Virus record (IMG/VR): IMGVR_UViG_3300006851_000004
Coordinates: 1 to 35,717 of that record
From: a virus
Taxonomy: Duplodnaviria; Caudoviricetes
Direction: 5' to 3' (one strand)
DNA: 35,717 nucleotides
The position numbers were made by a program, and so were the translations under genes. Positions 9,328-18,186 of this stretch are shown in pieces; within the stretch, counting starts at the first letter, position 1; each line of letters opens with the position of its first letter. The notes beneath the pieces are model-generated. The model worked only from the letters and a program-made list of their open reading frames with translations. It was not told the DNA's origin and did not search any database.

Positions 9328-9436
9328 TAAATTTGCCCCATAGAATACTCGGTCAGACAAAAAAATATTACAAAATTGGCTTTTGGTACTTACCTTTTGT
9401 TTCTGACCGAGCAACAAGTACTGAAAGCCTTTTTTT
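9328..9436 (+). promoter_or_regulatory. Promoter (-7 TAAATTTG at 9328-9335) with attenuator-like leader
   Basis: 14-bp stem 9378-9391/9416-9429 plus T7; loop TCTGACCGAG (9402-9411) complementary to CTCGGTCAGA (9348-9357). Confidence 0.65.
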
Positions 9437-9793
9437 GTGGTGTTTTTTCACGGTTAGACCTCACTCAAACGTCAAGATAACTAAGTTAACCCGAAGTGCT
9501 TATTAGGCGAACAGCTTAGTTAATACAGTCAGCTTAATAGTTGCGAATACAACCCGATGCTCTAACCCACCCCCGTTAACATCGTTGCCTAACTCAATAC
9601 AGCGCATAAAGCGCCCCTAGGCGAGAGCAACAGCATAACAAAGGATGCGAATTTAAGCGGCTAAAAAAAGCTATTTTCGGGCTTTTTAGCTTTTTTACTT
9701 AATTACTTTAATATTTCAGTTTTGCTGGTATTAGGGTATTGAGTAAAGGGAAAGGGGGAACTGTACCCTTAACACAAACCTAGAAATAAAAGC

Positions 9794-9873
9794 AAAAAAA
9801 ACACTGAAAAAGTTATGAGAAACAAAGAAAAGTTTTAAATTTGCTGCATAATCAAAAAACTAAATACATTATG
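9794..9873 (+). promoter_or_regulatory. Early promoter repeat, copy 1
   Basis: ACTGAAAAAGTT..GAGAAACAAAGAAAAGTTT-TAAATTTG(9836-9843)..TAATCAAAAA..CATTATG. Confidence 0.85.
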
Positions 9874-10335
9874 AAGTTAGTAAAAATCGAAACCCGCAAC
9901 CTACTACACTTGTTATCAAAACAAGAGCCGAAAGTAATCGCCCAAACCCAAACCCATTACATTGAAACGAAATGGGGCGAATACGAAGGAGACCTAGAGC
10001 ACCTGGAAATGGTGTATATAGGTCACGCCCTACCAAACGAAAAAAACACCGTTGTAGGCGGAAAAATATACGAGATTGAGAAATGCTGCCTGCACGACGA
10101 CGGCGATTATTACATCGGGATATTAGAACTAGACGACAAGTACGAAGACGGATACGCTGTAGTCGATTTAAGCCCCGACCAAATCGACATAGTCAAATCC
10201 ATACTAGAGTGTTATTTCGGAGAAATAGAACAGCTCACAATAAACGCCACCGACGATATGGAGAGCGAGGCAAGGAAGTGGGGCGAATACAAGGGCGATA
10301 TCGAGTGCATCACAAATTATTACGAAACATTATAA
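9871..10335 (+). CDS. Acidic hypothetical early protein
   Basis: ATG at the end of the promoter repeat (CATTATG); rich in D/E/Y. Confidence 0.75.
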   Translation: MKLVKIETRNLLHLLSKQEPKVIAQTQTHYIETKWGEYEGDLEHLEMVYIGHALPNEKNTVVGGKIYEIEKCCLHDDGDYYIGILELDDKYEDGYAVVDLSPDQIDIVKSILECYFGEIEQLTINATDDMESEARKWGEYKGDIECITNYYETL

Positions 10336-10378
10336 ACAACTGGCGCGGACGACAAATCCGCGCCTTAAAACGCAAACT

Positions 10379-10762
10379 ATGTTAACATACCATAAAATCA
10401 TACACGAAATAAAGAACCTATACGATTGCCTATCTGAAGCAGAAGCAAATAGAATCAGCTTAATAATTGACAAAGCACAGATGCGAGAATCAGAAATCGA
10501 AAAACTACTCGAACTAAAAGACAAAGCAGAAAAACAAGTGTTCGGTTTTGATATATCTTTCAAGAGCAAAACAAGGCTTGTAAGCGACGCAAAATCGATG
10601 TTCATAGGGTTAACAACCGAGAGAGGTTATTCGCCGAGAAATATCGGAAAAGTGCTAAACATAGACCGTTCGTCAGTCTATGCAGCAAAGCACAAGCACT
10701 ACGAAATAATTCAATTCGACAAGAGGTATATTGAAAAATACGAAAAACTGAAAACGATATGA
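10379..10762 (+). CDS. HTH protein resembling the DnaA C-terminal domain
   Basis: 'RGYSPRNIGKVLNIDRSSVYAA' helix-turn-helix. Confidence 0.6.
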   Translation: MLTYHKIIHEIKNLYDCLSEAEANRISLIIDKAQMRESEIEKLLELKDKAEKQVFGFDISFKSKTRLVSDAKSMFIGLTTERGYSPRNIGKVLNIDRSSVYAAKHKHYEIIQFDKRYIEKYEKLKTI

Positions 10763-10863
10763 ACAGGATGGAAAAATTTTACGAGTGGTGGACTCAAAAA
10801 ATAAAAGGACGGTACATCACTAACACGGAATTCGAAAACATAAAATATAAATTGAATGGTTAA
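10759..10863 (+). CDS. Small hypothetical protein (34 aa)
   Basis: ATGA overlap with the upstream gene; MNRMEKFYEWWTQK... Confidence 0.45.
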   Translation: MNRMEKFYEWWTQKIKGRYITNTEFENIKYKLNG

Positions 10864-11035
10864 TACAGAGAAAAGAAAACAGCAGCTAGAAGAGCTAGGA
10901 CTAGAAAAAACATATCAAGGCGGTTACAAGCTGAACAAAAACTTCGTCGTGGTATCGTCCAGCATAAAGAGAATGAGCCGCGAAAATTGGGATATGTTAG
11001 TAAGAACCATAAAAAAAGTTTCAAAAAAAAACTGA
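10856..11035 (+). CDS. Small hypothetical protein (59 aa)
   Basis: Overlaps the previous stop; MVNTEKRKQQLEELGLEK...; ends inside promoter repeat 2. Confidence 0.5.
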   Translation: MVNTEKRKQQLEELGLEKTYQGGYKLNKNFVVVSSSIKRMSRENWDMLVRTIKKVSKKN

Positions 11036-11101
11036 AAAAAGTTTGTAGAAACAAAGAAAAGTTTTAAATTTGCCTTGTAATCAAAAACAAAATACATTAT
11101 G
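11023..11101 (+). promoter_or_regulatory. Early promoter repeat, copy 2
   Basis: TTTG(11042-11045)-N19-TAAATTTG(11065-11072)...CATTATG. Confidence 0.88.
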
Positions 11102-12331
11102 ACAATCTACAAAAATTTAGCCGCAGAGTACAAAAAGGCAAACGAAGCCAAAAAAAGCAGAAGCGTACACAGCAGATTAAAAAAAGAATTCGGTATCGAC
11201 ATCAACGCTAGAGCGATTAAGGACTACCTAAGCCTGTCTTGGAATGAAATTGTCAACGGCGAAATAGAGCATTACTTTGCCGATATGTTCAGCCCTGAAG
11301 AAGCCGACCGGGCATCATCCATCATCGCCGAAATTTTAGACGAGAAACAAGATAAAGAGGAGGAAACCGAAACGAAAAACGAAACCCAGAAAAACGAACC
11401 TAAAACCACAGTAGGCAAAGATAAGTTCGAGGCTGGATTCAGCCTTAACCTACCAATCTACGAAATGGTAAAGGAAGCCGTAAACGAACACGCACCCGAA
11501 ATCGCAGAGAAACAAGCGAGCGAGGTGGAGCAATTAATCAAGGAAGCCGCCAAGAGCATATCGCCAAACATCATCAACATCAACAACGCAAAAGTAGGCG
11601 AAGTGAAAGGCAAAACACACAAGGAATTCCAAGAGGCAATGGATATAGTTGTTAGCCAAAAAAAGTTGTTTTTAAAGGGCGAATCGGGAACTGGAAAGAC
11701 ATTCATAGCAGAGCAAATAGCAAACGCGTTAAACCTTAAATTTGACACCATCAGCCTCACCGCAGGAATCAGCGAGGGGTATTTAATCGGGCGAACAAAC
11801 ATACAAGGCGAGTTTATCAGTACTTCATTTATTGATATTTACGAAAACGGAGGTGTGTTTTTATTAGATGAAGTTGACGCGTCAGACGCAAATACGTTGC
11901 TAATATTAAATAAGGCTATAAGCAGCAACTCTATGCCAGTACCGATGCGCACAGAAAACCCAATTGCTAAGCGTCATAAAGATTTTTACATCATTTGTGC
12001 CGCCAACACGTGGGGCAACGGAGTCGGGAGCGATTACACGGGTCGAGAATACCTCGACGAAGCGTTTCTCAACCGATTTTCGGCGGCAAAGTTGGAGTTA
12101 GACTACGACGAAGAGCTAGAAAAGGAATTATTAGAATCTGAACTGGAGCTGTTCGGCAAACTAATAGAATTGCGCAAAAACATTCGAGAAAACAAGCTAG
12201 ATAGGCTAGTTAGCACCCGAACAATGATAGACGCGATGAAGTACAAAAAAACTGGCAAAAGTATCGAACAGGTAATTGACAGGCTGACCGTTGATTACAC
12301 AAACGAAGAGCGAAAAAAAGCGGTCGCCTAA
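11099..12331 (+). CDS. MoxR/CbbQ/CobS-like AAA+ ATPase
   Basis: Walker A GESGTGKT, Walker B FLLDEVD, sensor 'ICAANT', 'LDEAFLNRF'. Confidence 0.9.
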   Translation: MTIYKNLAAEYKKANEAKKSRSVHSRLKKEFGIDINARAIKDYLSLSWNEIVNGEIEHYFADMFSPEEADRASSIIAEILDEKQDKEEETETKNETQKNEPKTTVGKDKFEAGFSLNLPIYEMVKEAVNEHAPEIAEKQASEVEQLIKEAAKSISPNIININNAKVGEVKGKTHKEFQEAMDIVVSQKKLFLKGESGTGKTFIAEQIANALNLKFDTISLTAGISEGYLIGRTNIQGEFISTSFIDIYENGGVFLLDEVDASDANTLLILNKAISSNSMPVPMRTENPIAKRHKDFYIICAANTWGNGVGSDYTGREYLDEAFLNRFSAAKLELDYDEELEKELLESELELFGKLIELRKNIRENKLDRLVSTRTMIDAMKYKKTGKSIEQVIDRLTVDYTNEERKKAVA

Positions 12332-12337
12332 ACTACG

Positions 12338-12362
12338 GAGGGGTTAACGCCCCTCTTTTTTT
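12338..12362 (+). terminator. Rho-independent terminator
   Basis: GAGGGG-ttaacg-CCCCTC followed by T7. Confidence 0.8.
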
Positions 12363-12371
12363 GCCTAAATA

Positions 12372-12429
12372 TTTTGCAGAAACAAATAAAAGTTTTAAAT
12401 TTGCCTTGTAATCAAAAATAAACATTATG
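12372..12429 (+). promoter_or_regulatory. Early promoter repeat, copy 3
   Basis: TTTG..AGAAACAAATAAAAGTTT-TAAATTTG(12396-12403)...CATTATG. Confidence 0.85.
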
Positions 12430-13206
12430 AAATCACGAATCATCAACCACCTAAACACAAAGCATTACATACACGAATTCCGTAACGTGAATGACCTGTA
12501 CAATTCCGCAACGAACACAAAGAGAGGAAAAAAAATAATAAACAAAGCGATAACCGAAAACGACAAATGGGTATTCGGAAAATACGGAATCGACAGCGTT
12601 GATAAAGTCGTAAATGGAGTTAACAGCGACTTTATAGTAAAAAAACAAGGCAGGAAAACAAGCAGAAAACAAAAAGGGCAAAAGCGCCGAAAAAAATACA
12701 GTGACCAAGGCGATGTAGATGTCATGAGGGCGTTATCAGGTTCAATGTCGCCATTCATTAGAAAGACAAAAGTAAAATCAAAATGTCGAAACGTAGAGCT
12801 AATAGTATCGTTAACTATTTCAGCAAAACACAAAACAAAAGACATAGCAGCGTTTTGCAATGAGGTAGCAGACAAAGCCGCATCCTTAATAAGCTCGGGT
12901 AAAATGGTCAAAATAACCCTGTTTTCATATTCAATCAACACCACAAAAGGAAATTCAAACCTGGTAACGCTAGTTAACCTAAAGGGTTACCGTGAAAAAA
13001 TAGACATAAGCAGAATATATTCAATTTGCTACCCAGTCTTGTACCGAGGGTTAATTTTAGAGTCCTACAACATAGTCGACGAAACACTAAGTGCAGGCTA
13101 CGGAATTCCTAGCCAAAGCACCCAAACCAGCAAAGATTTGCTGAACGTGATTGGAATAGATAATTTTGAAATCATAGACTTCAAAGAATGGCTAAGAAAA
13201 AAATAA
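12427..13206 (+). CDS. VWA-like (CobT-like) partner of the AAA+ ATPase, degenerate MIDAS
   Basis: 'GDVDVMRALSG..PF' followed by 'VELIVSLTISA' strand; adjacent to the MoxR-type ATPase; C-terminal 'GYGIP'. Confidence 0.6.
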   Translation: MKSRIINHLNTKHYIHEFRNVNDLYNSATNTKRGKKIINKAITENDKWVFGKYGIDSVDKVVNGVNSDFIVKKQGRKTSRKQKGQKRRKKYSDQGDVDVMRALSGSMSPFIRKTKVKSKCRNVELIVSLTISAKHKTKDIAAFCNEVADKAASLISSGKMVKITLFSYSINTTKGNSNLVTLVNLKGYREKIDISRIYSICYPVLYRGLILESYNIVDETLSAGYGIPSQSTQTSKDLLNVIGIDNFEIIDFKEWLRKK

Positions 13207-13664
13207 CACTAGAAGTAGAAATGCTGGAGCTAATGGCTAATGAAGTCAGCTCCAGCACGTGCGCAGACATCGCTAGACTTATACTAAGCGATTTAAAAAA
13301 CGAAAACGCACCAAAAGCCAGCGAAGCTGCTAAAATAGCTTACAAGGCGTATCAGGACGGCATTAAGAAGCAGCTAGAAAAAAGGACGCCAGCAAAAAAG
13401 AAAAACATACCTAGCTGGACAGAGTTTAAAGCATACGCAGAATTGAAAAGCGACAACATAAATGAGGTGTTGCTTCGCAGAAAATACGAATCTTGGATTG
13501 AAGCAGGTTGGCGATGCGGTAAAAAATTACGCCCTATAAAGGTCTGGAAAACAACACTTTTAAACACACTTAAATATTTAGAAAATGAAAAAACAAGCAG
13601 AAAACAAGCAGCTAAGTACAGCGCTAGAGACGAAGCCGACGAAGTCAAGACATTATTTAGCTAA
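13188..13664 (+). CDS. Putative replication initiator/replisome-organiser-like protein
   Basis: 'IPSWTEFKAY...YESWIEAGW...IKVWKTTLLN' resembles phage initiator C-terminal domains. Confidence 0.5.
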   Translation: MAKKKITLEVEMLELMANEVSSSTCADIARLILSDLKNENAPKASEAAKIAYKAYQDGIKKQLEKRTPAKKKNIPSWTEFKAYAELKSDNINEVLLRRKYESWIEAGWRCGKKLRPIKVWKTTLLNTLKYLENEKTSRKQAAKYSARDEADEVKTLFS

Positions 13665-14376
13665 GATGTATGAAAAGAAAAAAATACGAGAATACAACAC
13701 AACGCCGACACACGAGTACCCAGGGGGCGAAAAACAAAAAGCAGCTATTCAGACTGTCAACGCACTAGTATCATTCCTGGGAGTTATGGAAACAGAGGGC
13801 GACGGCAAAAAACGCCAGCACTTCATGGTACAGCAGTTTATGCTATCAGATTATAGTAGATTCGCGTTTGAAGAGGTCATCGAAGCTTTCAAGCTGGCGA
13901 TGAAAGGCGAATACGACGGAATGAAAAGCTGGAAAAATACACGGTTGGTAGCTAAGTTAGACTGTAATATTTTCGGTAGAGTAATGAAGTGTTATGACGT
14001 GTACAAAAAACAAAACGCACCAAAAAAACGAACGCAGCCACCGAAAAAGGAACTTACTGAATCGGAAAAAACAGCAGTAGAAAACAGGTGCATAGAGAAA
14101 TGCAAGGCGGAATTCAAAAAAACAGGTGAAGTACCAAGCGGATATTCTTTCGTATGGGACATACTAGCTAAGCGCGGTTTGGTTGACGACAGCAAGGGTT
14201 TCAAGTTAACATTAATAGGCCACGCGAAAAAACAAGAATCAATGCGAAAAAAAGGACTAGCCGAAGTGATTAGGAATAACGAAAAAAGGTACGTTTCAAT
14301 CGCAAAAAGAATCGGCGTCGAAAATTATTTTAAAAAAAACACTGAAAAAGTTTTGAGAAACAAAGAAAAGTTTTAA
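13585..14376 (+). CDS. Hypothetical protein (replication region)
   Basis: 263 aa ORF; start uncertain; last codons overlap promoter repeat 4. Confidence 0.65.
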   Translation: MKKQAENKQLSTALETKPTKSRHYLAKMYEKKKIREYNTTPTHEYPGGEKQKAAIQTVNALVSFLGVMETEGDGKKRQHFMVQQFMLSDYSRFAFEEVIEAFKLAMKGEYDGMKSWKNTRLVAKLDCNIFGRVMKCYDVYKKQNAPKKRTQPPKKELTESEKTAVENRCIEKCKAEFKKTGEVPSGYSFVWDILAKRGLVDDSKGFKLTLIGHAKKQESMRKKGLAEVIRNNEKRYVSIAKRIGVENYFKKNTEKVLRNKEKF

Positions 14377-14407
14377 ATTTGCCTTATAATCAAAAACAAA
14401 CATTATG
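14332..14407 (+). promoter_or_regulatory. Early promoter repeat, copy 4
   Basis: TTTG(14352-14355)-N18-TAAATTTG(14374-14381)...CATTATG. Confidence 0.88.
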
Positions 14408-14632
14408 AAAACCATCTACATTAGAGAAAAACGAAGCGGAAACTACGAATTTTCAAACCGTGCGGAAGCGACGCACAAGTTTAAAAGTAAAAAAACTTTT
14501 AAAAAATGGTTTGACAATTGCTGCGGTGGATACCGCGGCAAATTAATCAAGGCGACCTATTCGAGGTCACAAGTATATTTCGGCGTATTCGATTTCGACG
14601 ACGCATGGAAAAAAGCAAAAGAGTTATTTTAG
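14405..14632 (+). CDS. Small basic hypothetical protein
   Basis: Starts at the promoter-repeat ATG; followed by a GC hairpin (~14640-14658). Confidence 0.7.
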   Translation: MKTIYIREKRSGNYEFSNRAEATHKFKSKKTFKKWFDNCCGGYRGKLIKATYSRSQVYFGVFDFDDAWKKAKELF

Positions 14633-14670
14633 AAACATCGGGCGGGTAACACCGCCCATAAAACGGGATT

Positions 14671-14892
14671 ATGACGAAAACAGAAAAACAAATGGTTAAG
14701 GTGCTAGACGACGCACTACGAGAAAAGAAAATTAAAAACTACGAGCTAGCCGAAAAACTCGGCTACTCATCACTACAAATCGGCAGATGGCGAAAAGCAA
14801 AACAAACAATGAAGCTAACTGTATTTTTAGAATTATGCGAGGCAGCTGGCGTGAAATCAATTATAATAGATAACCTAATTTTTAAAGTATGA
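14671..14892 (+). CDS. XRE/Cro-like HTH regulator
   Basis: 'NYELAEKLGYSSLQIGRWRKA...LELCEAAGV'. Confidence 0.8.
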   Translation: MTKTEKQMVKVLDDALREKKIKNYELAEKLGYSSLQIGRWRKAKQTMKLTVFLELCEAAGVKSIIIDNLIFKV

Positions 14893-15464
14893 GAGAGCTA
14901 AAAAATATCAAAAAGAAACTGTACGAATTCCAGCAGTCTTGCCCAGAAATCAAGCACGACTGTAGTAACGATTATTCAGGCTACACATACGCTAGCCTCA
15001 ACGCAACCCTAAAAGCGGTAAAGCAGGCGATGAAACCGTTAAAAATGGGCTTATTTCAGCTTGTTAACGACAACAGAATAGACACCGTTATTTTCGACTC
15101 CGAAAGTGGCGAGGAAATCACCAGCAGCACCGCTATTCCTGAAGAAGTAAAACTTAAAGGAATGAACGAGTACCAGGCTTTAGGTTCGGCTATTACGTAC
15201 CTCAAAAGATACGCGTTGACGTCGATGCTAGGTATTAGCGCAGAAAGCGACAACGACGCTATAGGCGAGCAGCAAAACACGACGCCTAAAAAGCCCCAAA
15301 AGCCGTGGCTAAACCTGTTCGACAAAAACGGAAACGAGACAGGAGTTTTCCTTCAAATAAAGGATAAACACGAAAACAACCCAATCGAATTGAGCCAGTT
15401 GAGAAAATATTACAAAATAAGCAAAGCGAGCGTAAAATCACTAAACGAAATCGGAATACAATGA
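14889..15464 (+). CDS. erf: ERF-family single-strand annealing protein
   Basis: 'YTYASL', 'QALGSAITYLKRYALTSMLGI..ESDNDA' ERF signature. Confidence 0.9.
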   Translation: MRELKNIKKKLYEFQQSCPEIKHDCSNDYSGYTYASLNATLKAVKQAMKPLKMGLFQLVNDNRIDTVIFDSESGEEITSSTAIPEEVKLKGMNEYQALGSAITYLKRYALTSMLGISAESDNDAIGEQQNTTPKKPQKPWLNLFDKNGNETGVFLQIKDKHENNPIELSQLRKYYKISKASVKSLNEIGIQ

Positions 15465-16342
15465 GCACTGTAAAATTGAAAAATACGGAAGAATTAATCC
15501 TATTTGACGAATCGGAACACGTGTACGAACACGACGGAAAACGACTATCAGGCATAACGGGAATGATAAAAAAGCATATATTACCCGACAAGTACAGCGG
15601 CATTCCTGCTGCTGTACTAAGGAAAGCAGCGGAGCGAGGCACGCGAATTCATAAGAACCTAGAAGAGCTTGATACAGGGCAAAAGAAAGCGTCTGAAAAA
15701 TACGAATTCAACTGGAACAAGATTAAGTTCCAGAATCGAATCAAGCCGTTAGCGAATGAGTACTTAGTAAGCGATTTCAAAGGCATAGCTACGGCGATTG
15801 ATGAGGTAGCTGTCGTGAACGGAAAACTAGCCCTACTAGACTTTAAAACAACGCACAAGCTAGACAAGCAATATCTAAGCTGGCAACTATCAATCGGAAA
15901 AAAACTATTTGAGACGGTGAACCCCGATTTGCAGGTTACTCGCCTGTACGGCGTACACATAGATAAAGCGCACAATGTCTATTTGCACGAAATCCCCGAA
16001 ATAAGCCCTGACGAGGTCAATGAACTACTTAAATGCGAATATGAGGGCGCAGATTATGAGTTGCCGACGGACGAAAAGACGGATGGATTAATCCAGGAAG
16101 CAATAATGACGAAATTGGCCATCAAGGAATTGAAGTCACAATTAGCCGAATTAGAGAAACAAATAAGGGAGTCGGTTAAAACAAGCTACAACAGCGAAAA
16201 TTACGAAGTCAAGATAGGTGACGATTACCAGCGGCAGTCGTTCAGTTCCAAAAAACTAAAAAAAGAACGCCCCGAGATATACGAGGAGTTTCTCGGAGAG
16301 CCGAAAACGATTAAAGGACGGCTAACGTACAAGGCAAAATGA
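15461..16342 (+). CDS. PD-(D/E)XK exonuclease
   Basis: 'SGITG', 'AAERGTRIH', 'ATAID...LLDFKT...WQLS' motifs; adjacent to ERF. Confidence 0.8.
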   Translation: MSTVKLKNTEELILFDESEHVYEHDGKRLSGITGMIKKHILPDKYSGIPAAVLRKAAERGTRIHKNLEELDTGQKKASEKYEFNWNKIKFQNRIKPLANEYLVSDFKGIATAIDEVAVVNGKLALLDFKTTHKLDKQYLSWQLSIGKKLFETVNPDLQVTRLYGVHIDKAHNVYLHEIPEISPDEVNELLKCEYEGADYELPTDEKTDGLIQEAIMTKLAIKELKSQLAELEKQIRESVKTSYNSENYEVKIGDDYQRQSFSSKKLKKERPEIYEEFLGEPKTIKGRLTYKAK

Positions 16343-16755
16343 AAGATGAAGCTAGAATACTAACAGCAATCGGCGCCGTGTGCGGGTGGTACACGGCGCT
16401 TAATCGCGGGTACAACAACATCAACGAAATGATGTATAAGCGACAGAAGTTGAACGGCTACACCTACGCCGCCACCGACGCGCTAGAGAAAGCAATAAGC
16501 TACGAAAACAAGGCGCAATACGAGTACGAGCGAAAAAAAGACGGAATAAGAGCGGCATATCTAGACAAGGGCGTAACGAAAGCGGAAGCCTTAGCGAAAG
16601 CGAAAACAAGCGCAGAAAAACAAGAGGCGACGCAATGGAAGTCAGCCGCTATTTCTATCCGCGAAAAAATCAGACAAGCAAACAGGGTATCAGAAAGTAT
16701 GAGCCAGCATATCGCTATTTTGAGAAAGGAAATGGAAAACACCAAAAAAAATTAA
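16339..16755 (+). CDS. Hypothetical helical protein
   Basis: 138 aa, ATGA-coupled. Confidence 0.7.
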   Translation: MKDEARILTAIGAVCGWYTALNRGYNNINEMMYKRQKLNGYTYAATDALEKAISYENKAQYEYERKKDGIRAAYLDKGVTKAEALAKAKTSAEKQEATQWKSAAISIREKIRQANRVSESMSQHIAILRKEMENTKKN

Positions 16756-16813
16756 AAAAAAACACTGAAAAAGTTTTAAATTTGTCTTGTAATCAAAAAC
16801 AAAATACATTATG
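16754..16813 (+). promoter_or_regulatory. Early promoter repeat, copy 5 (20-bp internal deletion)
   Basis: ACTGAAAAAGTTTTAAATTTG..TAATCAAAAACAAAATACATTATG; lacks the -33 TTTG/spacer segment. Confidence 0.8.
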
Positions 16814-17018
16814 ACAACTTTACAAAACAGGTAAACCGTCCGCAATGGGTGGAGAAATGAAATTGCGAGTACTTAGTTTTTACGCAGAGGATTTCGAAGA
16901 GCTAGAAAGCGGCGAAACAACAAAGGAAGAGTTAATTGAAGATGTAATACTTTTCGAGGGAGATGCAAAAAACAAGGAACTGCAGGAAGATATTTACAAC
17001 CTAATCTTGAAAGCTTAA
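16811..17018 (+). pseudogene. Acidic small protein, frameshifted near its start (or intact from ATG 16845, 57 aa)
   Basis: The repeat ATG gives only MTTLQNR*; the +1 frame is open 16815-17018 (..GGEMKLRVLSFYAEDFEELESGETTKEELIEDV..) and couples by TAATG to the HNH gene. Confidence 0.5.
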
Positions 17019-17287
17019 TGAGCTATAAAAAAAACAGGACAGAAATGGCAGAACAGATGCTCGCAAAGTACGGGTATCTGTTCTGCCAAAATTGCGGAAC
17101 GTCTAACGCATTCAAATTTGAGGTTCACCATATCATATTTCGCAGCGAAAAACCGAACCATAGAGAGATACATAATAAACGGAATTTAATAATCGTGTGC
17201 AGCGAATGCCATAGACGATTTCATAAGCATAAAAAAACAAGAGGAAAACTAGTAAAACAACGCAGCCTAAAAGAGCTGTTTAAATAG
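17018..17287 (+). CDS. HNH endonuclease
   Basis: CQNC...EVHHI...NLIIVCSECHRRFH. Confidence 0.9.
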   Translation: MSYKKNRTEMAEQMLAKYGYLFCQNCGTSNAFKFEVHHIIFRSEKPNHREIHNKRNLIIVCSECHRRFHKHKKTRGKLVKQRSLKELFK

Positions 17288-17294
17288 GTAAATT

Positions 17295-17699
17295 ATGAAA
17301 GGATTAAACAAAATGCAAATCATCGGCAACGCAGGGAGCGAAGTCAAGACGTTTGATAGCGTCAGAACGTTATCAATCGCCGTAAACGAGGATTACAAAA
17401 ACAAACAAGGCGAGAATGTGAAGCAAACAGAATGGATAGATGTAGTATTTTTCGGCAAGCTGGGAGAAATCGCAGAAAGGTACATAAACAAAGGCGACAA
17501 ACTGTACATCGAGGGCAAAATGAACACTCGAAAATACGTCGATAACGAGGGAAATAACCGACGCTCAACCAGCGTAGTGGCTCGAAATATGATAATGTTA
17601 GGAGGTAAAGCGCAGCGCCCGCAAAACATCAAGACACAACACAAAACAAGAACCGAAGCACCCGGGTGGAATGAGGAAAACGACGATTTACCGTTCTAA
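17295..17699 (+). CDS. ssb: Single-stranded DNA-binding protein
   Basis: 'LNKMQIIGNAG', 'TEWIDVVFFGKLGEIAERYINKGDKLYIEG', C-terminal DDLPF. Confidence 0.95.
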   Translation: MKGLNKMQIIGNAGSEVKTFDSVRTLSIAVNEDYKNKQGENVKQTEWIDVVFFGKLGEIAERYINKGDKLYIEGKMNTRKYVDNEGNNRRSTSVVARNMIMLGGKAQRPQNIKTQHKTRTEAPGWNEENDDLPF

Positions 17700-17713
17700 T
17701 AAAACCAAAACAA

Positions 17714-17992
17714 ATGAAAAAACCACAGTTAATACCGAAAAACACAGTCCTAGAATTTCAATTTCTAGCGGACAAAATAGCCACTTACATCACAGCTATA
17801 CCAATCAACAACAACGGAGATTTAGAATCTTACGAAATTTCATTCTTCCACGAAGGCAATGATTTTCTTTTGAGCACCGACACTTATGGGGCTCTGAGCG
17901 AAATGTACAAGGTATTCGAGATAAACCGAATAAGTGGGAAGATGAACAGAGATAACATATTCAGAGCAAAAAGAAACGAATACCCAAAATGA
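17714..17992 (+). CDS. Hypothetical protein
   Basis: 92 aa ORF in operon. Confidence 0.65.
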   Translation: MKKPQLIPKNTVLEFQFLADKIATYITAIPINNNGDLESYEISFFHEGNDFLLSTDTYGALSEMYKVFEINRISGKMNRDNIFRAKRNEYPK

Positions 17993-18186
17993 AAAACGAC
18001 ATCCTGAAATTTATAGAAAACAACGTCAGAACCAACACGATAGGCACGACTATTATAGCCGTAATGGAAGAGTTTGAAATACGCAAGCCCGAAGCGATAG
18101 AAGTGCTGACCGAATTGCGAAAGGACGGAAAAATAAAAGTCCTATCAGGCTTGAACAACAATATAATAACAGTCAAATGGAAGTAA
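17989..18186 (+). CDS. Small winged-helix-like protein
   Basis: 'EAIEVLTELRKDGKIKV'; ATGA-coupled. Confidence 0.55.
   Translation: MKNDILKFIENNVRTNTIGTTIIAVMEEFEIRKPEAIEVLTELRKDGKIKVLSGLNNNIITVKWK

Noticed and set aside
9136-9417. 93-aa minus-strand ORF
   Set aside because: It spans promoters and hairpins, has a non-ATG start and an unconvincing composition
15461-16342. Nuclease as Cas4 or part of a CRISPR system
   Set aside because: No Fe-S cysteine cluster and no array; adjacency to ERF indicates a recombination exonuclease
9794-16813. Promoter repeats as a CRISPR array
   Set aside because: Copies are over 1 kb apart, separated by genes, and end at start codons
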